NCBI GenBank assembly: GCA_018062345.1
Contig: JAGOSL010000002.1
Location: 32,541-96,540 of the forward strand
Direction of reading: 5' to 3'
DNA length: 64,000 bases
DNA from: Pseudomonadota bacterium
GTDB taxonomy: Bacteria; Pseudomonadota; Alphaproteobacteria; Paracaedibacterales; CAITNM01
Position 1 is the stretch's first letter, and each line of letters starts with the position of its first letter. Both the position numbers and the translations under genes were made by a program. The notes under the pieces were generated by a model. It was not told where the DNA came from, did no database searches, and was given only the letters and a program-made list of their open reading frames with translations. Below, in pieces: positions 17,683 through 27,028 of the stretch.

Positions 17683-18402
17683 TTAGCTAAAAGTTTGGTT
17701 AGAGTTATTGTTTGGTAAGGCAAATTTCAAGAGTGCGTGTTCTGTAGATTGGGCGCCAAGCTTTTTTCGAATATTTTTTAAGTGAAATGTGATTGTTGCT
17801 TGAGAGACACCCAGTTTGTGACTGATTGTTTTAACCGCGATGCCTTCTGATTTTTGAACAAGAATTTCAATCTCTCTTTCTGTTAAGCATTTAAGGGCTT
17901 GATTGTCTCGGATAGACATGATTTTGCTGGCGCAGATATTTGCAGCTGAAGAAAGAGTGTACAAAATTTCAGGACGCAAGGATGAAGTGTTTGCAACTGT
18001 TGCAAAACCATGAAAGTTTGGGTGAGGTATTAGAGGAATTGTTTCTCCTGATTTTATGCCAAAATCATAAGCCTCTCTCATTAATGTTTGTTGAATAGGT
18101 AAAAGATTCCTAAAGCTGTTCGTGCTCCATTCAAAAGGGGCTGCTACTTTTTTTAATGTGTCAAATACAGGATCATGCAGATGATATTGCTCTTCTTCAT
18201 AGCGATGCACCCATTCTTTTGGGTAAGTGGTGTAAAGACAAAAAGATTCGATAATGTTTTGTTTTCCTGAAAAAACTGCAAGAGCAAAACTTTCAATATC
18301 AAAGTCGTTGCAAATATCTTTGAAAGTAGCAAAAATTTTTTCCTCAGAGTTTCCAATGCTATTGATTTTTTCAATAACCATACCTATTTTCTTATTTTTC
18401 AT
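17683..18402 (-). CDS. LuxR-family quorum-sensing regulator (solo; autoinducer-binding domain plus HTH)
   Basis: YPKEWVHRY...HDPV...PFEW...FGIKSG and LTEREIEILVQKSEG...VSQATITFHLKNIRKKLG; no luxI nearby. Confidence 0.9.
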   Translation of the reverse strand: MKNKKIGMVIEKINSIGNSEEKIFATFKDICNDFDIESFALAVFSGKQNIIESFCLYTTYPKEWVHRYEEEQYHLHDPVFDTLKKVAAPFEWSTNSFRNLLPIQQTLMREAYDFGIKSGETIPLIPHPNFHGFATVANTSSLRPEILYTLSSAANICASKIMSIRDNQALKCLTEREIEILVQKSEGIAVKTISHKLGVSQATITFHLKNIRKKLGAQSTEHALLKFALPNNNSNQTFS

Positions 18403-18617
18403 CTTTGTTCCGTGCGCTATGGGCTCTGTTTTAAATGATGAACATTTGTAGTGATACCATCATTAATTTTTTCAAACAATCGTTTGTTGTACTTTTGTTT
18501 TAAATTTTCCTTCAAAAGCAATTAAATTGCTTGAAAATGCATAATCTTCCAGATTTGATAATTTCTAATTTGGCTCTTCCTTCTTTTTGAGTGTGCTGAA
18601 TTTTTAATGCTGTTTAA

Positions 18618-18637
18618 ACCTATCAATTTTTATAGGT
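18618..18637. promoter_or_regulatory. Lux-box-like 20-bp palindrome, copy 1
   Basis: ACCTATCAATTTTTATAGGT (ACCTAT-N8-ATAGGT) in the luxR-infA divergent gap; same length and ACCT...AGGT ends as the canonical lux box. Confidence 0.65.
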
Positions 18638-18788
18638 AGTAAAGTATTTATTGGTCTTGTTGAGATATTAGATGTGAAAATGTAGCAAAAAAACATTTTC
18701 TTATAGATATTTAAGCTCCAAATGCATTAATTTGTTGATTTTTTTTAAATATGTTGTACTTATAAATATTATCTTTAAACTTTATACT

Positions 18789-19007
18789 ATGGCAAAAGAA
18801 GACCTTATTGAATTTACGGGAGTTGTTGCTGAACTTCTTCCTAACGCAACATTTCGAGTAAAACTAGACAATGACCACATTATTTTGGCTCATACATCTG
18901 GAAAAATGAGAAAGAATAGAATACGGGTGTTATTAGGGGATAAGGTTACAGTTGAAATGACGCCCTATGACTTAACAAAAGGGCGCATTACATTTCGTCA
19001 AAAATAA
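18789..19007 (+). CDS. infA: Translation initiation factor IF-1
   Basis: [24 protein letters not shown]...[17 protein letters not shown]; true start is the ATG at 18789. Confidence 0.98.
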   Translation: MAKEDLIEFTGVVAELLPNATFRVKLDNDHIILAHTSGKMRKNRIRVLLGDKVTVEMTPYDLTKGRITFRQK

Positions 19008-19028
19008 TGCAGTTGAGTTTTTGAGGTG

Positions 19029-20066
19029 TTACTCAGCTGCTGCTTCGGCAGCTCCAATCATGCCGTCTGCTACAGTTCCCGAATTTTCACGAATTGCAGT
19101 GGCAATCTTTTCTGCGACTTCCGGGTTCTCTTTTATGTATTGACGTGCCGCCTCACGGCCTTGACCAATGCGTGTTGGCCCGTAAGAATACCATGATCCG
19201 GCTTTTTCAATAACGTTTGCTTTTACGCCAAGGTCTATTAATTCGCCGGCCTTTGAAATGCCTTCACCATACATGATGTCAAAATCAACAACCTTGAATG
19301 GAGGGGCCATTTTGTTCTTAACAACTTTAACACGCGTTTGGTTTCCTACAACTTGATCGCGATCCTTTAAGCTGCTGACACGTCTAATATCAAGACGTAC
19401 TGAAGCATAGAACTTTAAGGCATTACCACCGGTAGTTGTTTCGGGGTTGCCGAACATGATGCCGATCTTTTGGCGAATTTGGTTGATAAAAATAACCATG
19501 CAATTAGTTTTTGAAATTGATCCGGTTAGCTTACGCAAAGCTTGGCTCATTAAGCGGGCTTGTAATCCCATATGTGAATCGCCCATGTCTCCCTCTAGCT
19601 CGGCCTTTGGAACAAGAGCGGCAACGCTGTCTACTACAAGCACTTCTACCGCGCCACTGCGAACTAAAGTGTCAGCAATTTCTAGGGCCTGCTCTCCTGT
19701 GTCTGGTTGAGAAATAAGTAACTCATCAAGGTTTACGCCTAATTTTTTCGCATACCCTGGATCAAGTGCGTGTTCTGCATCAACAAATCCACATACTCCT
19801 CCGGCTTTTTGTGCTTCTGCAACAACATGCAGAGCGAGAGTGGTTTTTCCAGAAGATTCTGGACCGTAGATTTCAATAACGCGACCACGAGGCAAACCAC
19901 CAATTCCTAAAGCAATATCAAGCCCTAGAGATCCTGTTGGCACAACATCGGCTTCGGCAACACTTTCGCGTTGTCCAAGGCGCATAACTGAACCTTTTCC
20001 AAATGCACGCTCTATTTGCGAAAGAGCAGCTTCTAAAGCTTTTGATTTATCTGTTCTTGATTCCAT
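19029..20066 (-). CDS. recA: Recombinase RecA
   Basis: [44 protein letters not shown]. Confidence 0.99.
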   Translation of the reverse strand: MESRTDKSKALEAALSQIERAFGKGSVMRLGQRESVAEADVVPTGSLGLDIALGIGGLPRGRVIEIYGPESSGKTTLALHVVAEAQKAGGVCGFVDAEHALDPGYAKKLGVNLDELLISQPDTGEQALEIADTLVRSGAVEVLVVDSVAALVPKAELEGDMGDSHMGLQARLMSQALRKLTGSISKTNCMVIFINQIRQKIGIMFGNPETTTGGNALKFYASVRLDIRRVSSLKDRDQVVGNQTRVKVVKNKMAPPFKVVDFDIMYGEGISKAGELIDLGVKANVIEKAGSWYSYGPTRIGQGREAARQYIKENPEVAEKIATAIRENSGTVADGMIGAAEAAAE

Positions 20067-20075
20067 GATTTTCAA

Positions 20076-22424
20076 CTAATTACCTAAAACGTCTCTAACC
20101 TTAGCAGCCAGGTCTTTTAAGGTAAAGGGTTTGGGCAAAAAGTGAATATTAGTATCGTCGCCAAGGTTTTTACGAAAATCGTCTTCTGTGTATCCTGAAA
20201 TAAAAATAGTTTTTAAATCGGGGATAATTTCTCTGGCTTTTTTGTTTAATTCGGGTCCATCCATTTGTGGCATTACCACGTCTGTTACCAATACATCAAA
20301 GCTTGTACCTTGGTTGATTGTTTCCAGAGCTTCTTCACCATTGCATGCTTCTATAACTTGGTAGCCTTTTTCTCTTAGAGCGCGTGCACTGAACATGCGA
20401 ACAGCATCCTCATCTTCTACAAGCAGTACTGTGCCTGACCCACTTAAGTCGCCTTTATGGATTTCTGTTGCTGTTGTGTAAGGATCTACAGCGCCACTGT
20501 ATTTTGGCAAAAATATTTTAAAGGTGGTTCCTTTTTTTTGTTCGCTTTCGACAAAAATGAAACCACCCGTTTGTTTAACGATACCATAAACAGTTGATAA
20601 ACCGAGTCCTGTTCCAGCTCCAACCTCTTTTGTTGAGAAAAATGGCTCAAAAATGTGCTCTAAATCTTCTTCTGAAATACCACTGCCGGTATCGATTACA
20701 TCAATTGTGACAAAATCTCCAACAGGGATGGTTTCGTGACCAACTTGAAAGGGTTTTAAGTTGCTAATGTTTTCGGTTTTTATGCTTAATTTTCCACCGT
20801 CAACCATGGCATCTCGTGAGTTTACGGCCAGATTTATGATGACTTGCTCGAATTGACTAACATCAACTTTCACAGGCCAGATATCGCGTCCATGTATGAC
20901 GTCTAAATCTATTTTTGCGCCAAGCAGCCTTCTTAAAAGAGCCGACAGCTCTGCTAGGGCATCTGTAATATTTACGATTCTTGGTTGCAGGGTTTGTTGA
21001 CGAGAAAAGGCAAGAAGCTGCCTTACCAGGTTTGCTGCACGATTAGCATTTTGCTTGATTTGTGACACGTCAAAATAGGATGGATCATTTGGCAGATATC
21101 TCTGCAGCAACAGATCACAGAAGCCGATCATTGCTGTAAGAAGATTGTTAAAATCGTGAGCGATTCCACCAGCAAGCTGTCCAACGGCTTGCATTTTTTG
21201 CGACTGAATAAATTGTTGCTCTAGTCTTTTTTGTTGAGAGATATCCATTAACTGTAATAAATATTCTTCGCGATCTTTATCAGTTTTACTGAGATAAGCA
21301 ATGCAATGAGTTTTTGCATCCTGAAAAGTGAGCTCTACGGGTGATAAGACATTTGAGTTTAGGGTATCTAGCAATTGTGTGTGTGTGTTTTGGCTTAATA
21401 AAGTTAAAAAGCTAGAGTCTGTGGAGGCGTTTGTATTGGGTAGTGTATTTTCAATTAATCCCTGAAATGCCTGGTTAAAACTCAGAATTTTTCCTGATTT
21501 ATGAATAATTACAGCAGGTATCGAAGCTTTTAAAAATGTTTCTTCAGCGTTGCTGTTTTTTGTTTCATCAATTGTTAAACCGTCTATTCTACAGATGATT
21601 GATGCACTTGCTGCTGTCATTAGAGTTGGAGGGAACCATACTGCTTTGAAGGGGGGGTGTTTAAAAGGCTTTACTTGTATAATTTTTATACTTGCTTTTT
21701 GGCAATCGTCTATGCCATCCATTACATGTTCGATGCGACTGTTGATAAGGTTTTCTTTGGTTTGCTTTAGCCAATCGCAGAGTGTTTGGTTACACGCAAT
21801 GATTTGACGAGAGCGATTTAAATAAAAAACTCCAAATGGAGCATTATCAATAAAGCGTTCTAAGGTGGTAAATTCATCATGGATGTCGGCTATGTCGTCT
21901 AGTTGCGTTGTGATATCTTCGAAGCCAATGAAAATTGATTTAATGGGAAAATGAGGCAAGTCTTGAGTGAAAACACGAGCAAGTAAAATGCGCTGCTTCT
22001 CTTGCGTGTTTTGAGAAAATTTTAATAGCAGTTCTCCCATGTGAAGCTCTTCTATCCAACGCTTTAACATTGGCCACTGCTCGCTCTGTTCAAATTTTTT
22101 ATTGAGCTTTTGAACAAAGTCATTAAGGGTGGGGTACAAATGTGGATGGGAGCTTTTAATTAATTGACCATCGAGAGAAAAGATAGCGTACTCACTAAAT
22201 TGTTCTACGGCTTGATGCAAGGCTTGCGCTTGGTATGTTAAAAGATTTTTTTGTTTTTGTTTTTCTTCCTCGCGAATGAAGATTGGTAAATATGCGCCAA
22301 GAGCAAGTACGCATAAAAATAATAAGGTCATCTGCACAGGATCGGAAGCCAATAGGAGGCTAATGCCGCATGTGATAATTATGGCTATGAGGAAAAATCC
22401 TGAAAAATGCAGCTTTTGTAACAC
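20076..22424 (-). CDS. cckA: Hybrid PAS histidine kinase/receiver CckA
   Basis: Two N-terminal TM segments, PAS repeats, SQKMQAVGQLAGGIAHDFNNLLT, GTGLGLSTVYGIVKQ, C-terminal receiver; conserved cckA-recA synteny. Confidence 0.9.
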   Translation of the reverse strand: MLQKLHFSGFFLIAIIITCGISLLLASDPVQMTLLFLCVLALGAYLPIFIREEEKQKQKNLLTYQAQALHQAVEQFSEYAIFSLDGQLIKSSHPHLYPTLNDFVQKLNKKFEQSEQWPMLKRWIEELHMGELLLKFSQNTQEKQRILLARVFTQDLPHFPIKSIFIGFEDITTQLDDIADIHDEFTTLERFIDNAPFGVFYLNRSRQIIACNQTLCDWLKQTKENLINSRIEHVMDGIDDCQKASIKIIQVKPFKHPPFKAVWFPPTLMTAASASIICRIDGLTIDETKNSNAEETFLKASIPAVIIHKSGKILSFNQAFQGLIENTLPNTNASTDSSFLTLLSQNTHTQLLDTLNSNVLSPVELTFQDAKTHCIAYLSKTDKDREEYLLQLMDISQQKRLEQQFIQSQKMQAVGQLAGGIAHDFNNLLTAMIGFCDLLLQRYLPNDPSYFDVSQIKQNANRAANLVRQLLAFSRQQTLQPRIVNITDALAELSALLRRLLGAKIDLDVIHGRDIWPVKVDVSQFEQVIINLAVNSRDAMVDGGKLSIKTENISNLKPFQVGHETIPVGDFVTIDVIDTGSGISEEDLEHIFEPFFSTKEVGAGTGLGLSTVYGIVKQTGGFIFVESEQKKGTTFKIFLPKYSGAVDPYTTATEIHKGDLSGSGTVLLVEDEDAVRMFSARALREKGYQVIEACNGEEALETINQGTSFDVLVTDVVMPQMDGPELNKKAREIIPDLKTIFISGYTEDDFRKNLGDDTNIHFLPKPFTLKDLAAKVRDVLGN

Positions 22425-22633
22425 TTAAATAGATCTGAAACGCACTGAGAACCCCCGATATGTTGATATTAACGTTAAAATAAAAAAAGAGATAGCGCGA
22501 AGTGTTTATTCCAAAAGAATTTTGCGTTGAAGCTATCTGTTCGAATTGAAATCTGTTGTAAAAAGGCTTATCATCACCGTGGGGATTGTATTTTGTTGGG
22601 CTTATGGAGTTCTTTTATCACGAATCTGGACTT

Positions 22634-23269
22634 ATGCTTCCAAAAAAGGTGTCATTGCTTCCTGTTCATGGGGCAATTTTGATGCCTCGAGCTCAGCTTC
22701 CTGTTCCAATTTTTGAAGAGCAGTACCTTCATTTGGTGTCAGATGCTATTAGAGAAGATGTTTATGTAGGTGTAATTCAGCCAATTTTAGACGATATTCA
22801 AAAAAGCAGAGAGCCATTGTCTTTATTTTCTTCTGGGACTCTGGGGCGTGTTACGGAAATTCTTGAAATCGAAGAGCAACGAGTTGTTGTGAATATAGTA
22901 GGCGTTTGTCGATTTGACATTGTGGAACAAAGTGAAGTGACACTAAGCGGTCGTAATGTTGAGGTTGTTTACGAACGGTACCTACAAGATTTACAAGAAA
23001 TTAGTGAGATTCAGATCGATAGACAAAGGCTATTGCAAGCACTTGATGGCTATTTTCGTCAGTATAATGTTGCGCCAAACTGGAAAGAGATAGACCAAAC
23101 AACAGATGCCAGGTTAATTGCTGCATTATCTATGGTCTGCCCATTTGACGCGCGAGAAAAACAAGCATTGCTTGAGGCCTCAAGTTTAGAGTTGCAATCG
23201 GAAATGATCACTAAGCTTATTGAGTTTGCAAATTTTGAAGGTGCAAATCCTTCCATGACAAGGCACTAG
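22634..23269 (+). CDS. LON peptidase substrate-binding domain protein
   Basis: [43 protein letters not shown]; no protease domain. Confidence 0.85.
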   Translation: MLPKKVSLLPVHGAILMPRAQLPVPIFEEQYLHLVSDAIREDVYVGVIQPILDDIQKSREPLSLFSSGTLGRVTEILEIEEQRVVVNIVGVCRFDIVEQSEVTLSGRNVEVVYERYLQDLQEISEIQIDRQRLLQALDGYFRQYNVAPNWKEIDQTTDARLIAALSMVCPFDAREKQALLEASSLELQSEMITKLIEFANFEGANPSMTRH

Positions 23270-23271
23270 GT

Positions 23272-23469
23272 GTGGATAAGAAACTTTTAGAATTGTTGGT
23301 GTGTCCAGTTACAAAGACTAATTTGATATATGACGCAGCAGCGCAAGAGCTATTTAGTTTGGCTGCGAGATTGGCTTACCCTGTGCGTCAGGGGATTCCA
23401 ATTATGCTTGCGGACGAAGCTAGAGTTTTATCAGATGACGAGATAGACCTCATTGCTCCTTCTCGATAG
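23272..23469 (+). CDS. Trm112/YcaR family protein
   Basis: [14 protein letters not shown]...[13 protein letters not shown]. Confidence 0.93.
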   Translation: MDKKLLELLVCPVTKTNLIYDAAAQELFSLAARLAYPVRQGIPIMLADEARVLSDDEIDLIAPSR

Positions 23470-23472
23470 TTT

Positions 23473-24714
23473 ATGTTTTTTACAATAATTTTGAAAATTT
23501 GGTCGTTAATAATACAAATTAGCGCTCCCTTTCTGATTTTGATGCGCTTAAAAAAAGGGTTAGAGAGCCCAGTTCGCTACAAAGAAAGATACGGGGTTAC
23601 AGATATACGACGCCCCCAAGGAGATTTGATATGGTTTCATGGGGCAAGTGTCGGGGAAAGTCTTTCTATACTGCCGTTGATCCAAAAAATCACGGAGCAT
23701 TCTCCCGCAACAAACTTTTTGTTAACAACGACAACTACAGCCGCGCAAAAAGTTTTAAATTCTAGAATTAATAAAAACACCATTCATCAATTTGTTCCAT
23801 TTGATGCAATTCAATGGGTTAATAAATTTCTTGATCATTGGCAACCTAAAGCTGTTTTCTTTATTGAATCAGAAATTTGGCCAAATATTTTGTGGCAAAC
23901 GAATTTGAGAAATATTCCCATAACATTGCTTAATGCACGTTTGTCAGAGACTAGTTTGATTAATTGGTTACGGGTCAAAAAAATTTCTAAAAAAATGTGG
24001 GGTTGTTTTTCTGGCATATACACACAAAGTGATCTATTTACCGAGAGATTTCATAAGCTAGGAGCGATAAACGTTAAGACGATTGGCAATATAAAACTTT
24101 TGAGCGAAAAATTGCCTTTCGATGAAATTGAGTTTGCATATTGGAAAACGCAAATGAAAGACCGTTTGTGTTGGGTTGCGGCTAGTACTCATGAGGGTGA
24201 AGAGGAAATAATTTTTAAAGTGCACCAAGCATTAAAAAAAGATTTGCCAAACCTTTTAACGATTGTTGTGCCTCGTCATGTTGATAGATGTGAGAAAATT
24301 ATTTCAAAAGCAAAAGATGTGAAAATTTCTAGATTTACTGAAAAAAATTTACGGGATGAAGACATTTTGCTGGTTGATGCAATGTCTAAGTTGGGAATTT
24401 TTTATCGTTTAACTGCGATTGCTTTTATTGGGGGGTCATTAGTGCCTGTTGGGGGACATAATCCTTTAGAGCCTGTTATGCTTGGGGCGTTTCCTTTGTG
24501 GGGTCCATACTTTTTTAATGTTAATGATATGATGTATCTGTTTGATTCAATACAATGCCAACAAAAAAGTGTTGACCAGTTAATTGATACCTTGAGAGAT
24601 TTCTTAAAAAATCCAGAAAAAATTAAAAATTTAAATGATGAGTTGCAGCAGCGGGTGGCAAGCAGTCAGCAACTCATTGACCAAAAAATTGACGAGATTT
24701 TTATGGCTATTTAG
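23473..24714 (+). CDS. waaA: Kdo transferase WaaA
   Basis: IWFHGASVGE, ESEIWPN, NARLS, AASTHEGEE, VPRH, GGHNPLEP. Confidence 0.95.
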   Translation: MFFTIILKIWSLIIQISAPFLILMRLKKGLESPVRYKERYGVTDIRRPQGDLIWFHGASVGESLSILPLIQKITEHSPATNFLLTTTTTAAQKVLNSRINKNTIHQFVPFDAIQWVNKFLDHWQPKAVFFIESEIWPNILWQTNLRNIPITLLNARLSETSLINWLRVKKISKKMWGCFSGIYTQSDLFTERFHKLGAINVKTIGNIKLLSEKLPFDEIEFAYWKTQMKDRLCWVAASTHEGEEEIIFKVHQALKKDLPNLLTIVVPRHVDRCEKIISKAKDVKISRFTEKNLRDEDILLVDAMSKLGIFYRLTAIAFIGGSLVPVGGHNPLEPVMLGAFPLWGPYFFNVNDMMYLFDSIQCQQKSVDQLIDTLRDFLKNPEKIKNLNDELQQRVASSQQLIDQKIDEIFMAI

Positions 24715-25294
24715 AGCTTCTTAGCTCTAGTTGTTTTTTAGTGCGCTTTGCCAGGTTTAATACCCACTCTTCTGCTGCAACATGAGTATTAAAGCAATTG
24801 TATGCTTGATGGCTTTCTTTGATTGAAAATTTTGTCCAGAATTTACCCATATCATCTTCCATAATATATGCTACGGCCCCTAGATCAGGAAAAAGAGGTA
24901 TTTTTATCGACTTTTCAGTAAAAAGAGAATTTGAAACAGTGATAAAAGTAATTTTTGGTGATTGGTTACATTCAGATTGTTCAGCAATAGAAATTCTAGA
25001 GTGACTGGAAAGAGAAGTGGTGGAGCTAAAGTTACTTTCTACGGTTGTGTCTTCCGAAGTGGCTGACTTTTTTAATTTAAAAAAATTAGTGATTGGAGGA
25101 ATAGTTTTTGCAATTTGTGTTCGACTTAATCTTCTTTTATTTTTAGGCTTATCAGTTTCTTTGGTGCTCAGCCTTCTTTTATTGGGGTTTATGTTCTCAA
25201 TTTCCACGGCTGTTAAGTTGATGCGATCTGCACCTAAGAATATGGCAAAAAAAAGAACTAAATTTTTTACAGGAACATTACCAGAATAAAACAC
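24707..25294 (-). CDS. Hypothetical exported protein
   Basis: 195-aa ORF (GTG start), hydrophobic N-terminus LVLFFAIFLGA, repeated NKRRLS, Ser/Thr-rich linker. No family recognised. Confidence 0.65.
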   Translation of the reverse strand: MFYSGNVPVKNLVLFFAIFLGADRINLTAVEIENINPNKRRLSTKETDKPKNKRRLSRTQIAKTIPPITNFFKLKKSATSEDTTVESNFSSTTSLSSHSRISIAEQSECNQSPKITFITVSNSLFTEKSIKIPLFPDLGAVAYIMEDDMGKFWTKFSIKESHQAYNCFNTHVAAEEWVLNLAKRTKKQLELRSSK

Positions 25295-25370
25295 AAAAAC
25301 CTTACTTAAACAATCAAAAGAAGTTATATATAAGTTATTTTATTTTAAAAAATCAAATATTTTTATTTTA

Positions 25371-26171
25371 TTAAATTTTTAGATTGTTTTTCTTTTCCAG
25401 TTTTTTTTCTAAACGATTTAGTTGTTTTTGTAGATTTTTAAGAAGCAATAACTGTTCTGAATCATCATTGTTGAAAATCTCCTCTTCTGCTGCTTGCAAA
25501 GCGCCCACAACAACACCAATAAAAAGATTGAGAACGATAAAAACCATCAATACATAGAATGATATAAAATATATCCATGCATATTTTGCTACTTTTTCGA
25601 TTGATCGCATTATATTTGCCCAATCATCACCGGTTAATACTTGAAACATTGTTTTCATGGAAATTCCGATATGTTGGAATTCTGAAGCGCCAAGATCACG
25701 AAAGATAAATACGCCTAGTACTGAATATATATAAAAGAATAATAAAAGGAGGGATAATACACTTATAACACCTGGGATAGCTTTCCAGAACCCACTAAGA
25801 ATATGCCGTACTTTAGGGGCAGCATCTATCATTTCCAGTAAATGTATAACACGAATAACTCGAAGCAGTGGCAAAAAGTCATGTTGATGAATTAGCGATC
25901 CACCAACAATAATTAAGTCAAAAATGTTCCAACCACTACGGAAAAATGATGATCTACCAGCCAATAATTTGATGGTTAGCTCTACAACGAAAACACCCAA
26001 TATAAACTTGTCAATATGGTGCAGCATTTCAAGCACATAGGCAGGGGTGTTTTGGAAAGTTTGCACGCCAAGAACCATAGCGTTAACGAGAACAATAAAA
26101 CCAATAAAATAATGTCCGGGTTTAGATTCTAATAGCTCGTAAATTTTTAAAAATTTTTTAAAGAACATCAT
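25371..26171 (-). CDS. Voltage-gated cation channel (BacNav-like ion transport protein)
   Basis: 6TM architecture: WNIFDLIIV (S3), S4 LRVIRVIH, P-loop TMFQVLTGDDW, S6 FIVLNLFIGVVV, C-terminal coiled coil. Confidence 0.9.
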   Translation of the reverse strand: MMFFKKFLKIYELLESKPGHYFIGFIVLVNAMVLGVQTFQNTPAYVLEMLHHIDKFILGVFVVELTIKLLAGRSSFFRSGWNIFDLIIVGGSLIHQHDFLPLLRVIRVIHLLEMIDAAPKVRHILSGFWKAIPGVISVLSLLLLFFYIYSVLGVFIFRDLGASEFQHIGISMKTMFQVLTGDDWANIMRSIEKVAKYAWIYFISFYVLMVFIVLNLFIGVVVGALQAAEEEIFNNDDSEQLLLLKNLQKQLNRLEKKLEKKNNLKI

Positions 26172-26215
26172 AATAAAAAATTATTTTCAGTTATGACTAC
26201 TATAAAAAAAATTTA

Positions 26216-26989
26216 TTAATTTTTTGTAACCATTAGCTTTTTTATATTTCCAATAGCTTTTGCTGGATTTAAGTTTTTTGGGCACGTATTTGTACAATTC
26301 ATAATAGTATGGCAACGATATAAGCTAAATGGGTCCTCGAGTGCTTCTAGGCGTTCTTTTGTTTTTGTGTCTCGGCTATCTGCAATGAAGCGATATGCTT
26401 GTAGCAAGGTTGCAGGTCCTAAATATTTTTCACCATTCCACCAGTAGCTGGGGCAGGCGGTAGTGCAGCTAAAGCAAAGGACACATTCCCAAAGCCCATC
26501 TAGCTTAGCTCTGTCTTGCTGGCTTTGTTTGCGTTCACGCTTTGGGGTGTCGCTATTTTGCACCCAAGGCTTAATAGACGCATACTGGCTAAATGCATGA
26601 CGTAAATCTGGAACAAGATCCTTCATTACTTGCATATGTGGAAGTGGGGTGATTCGTATTGGGCCTGAAATATCATCAACGTGTTTTATGCAAGCAAGTG
26701 TATTCGTGCCGTCTATATTCATAGCGCAACTGCCGCACACACCTTCACGGCATGAGCGTCTGAAAGTAAGTGTGCTATCGATTTTATTTTTGATATACAG
26801 CAATGCATCTAAAACCATTGGGCCGGATTCTTTAATGTCGATGGTGAATTCATCCATGTGAGGATTTTTTCCATCTTCAGTGTTCCATCGATAAATATAA
26901 AATGTACGCATTGATGATGAAGTGCTAGAGGACTTGAATATTTTTCCCTTTTGAATTTTTGAGAGTTTAGGAAGACGTAATTGAACCAT
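26216..26989 (-). CDS. sdhB: Succinate dehydrogenase iron-sulfur subunit
   Basis: [36 protein letters not shown] clusters. Confidence 0.98.
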   Translation of the reverse strand: MVQLRLPKLSKIQKGKIFKSSSTSSSMRTFYIYRWNTEDGKNPHMDEFTIDIKESGPMVLDALLYIKNKIDSTLTFRRSCREGVCGSCAMNIDGTNTLACIKHVDDISGPIRITPLPHMQVMKDLVPDLRHAFSQYASIKPWVQNSDTPKRERKQSQQDRAKLDGLWECVLCFSCTTACPSYWWNGEKYLGPATLLQAYRFIADSRDTKTKERLEALEDPFSLYRCHTIMNCTNTCPKNLNPAKAIGNIKKLMVTKN

Positions 26990-27028
26990 AATGTCCTCTT
27001 GTGTTTAGTGAACTATATACGAGCATGG

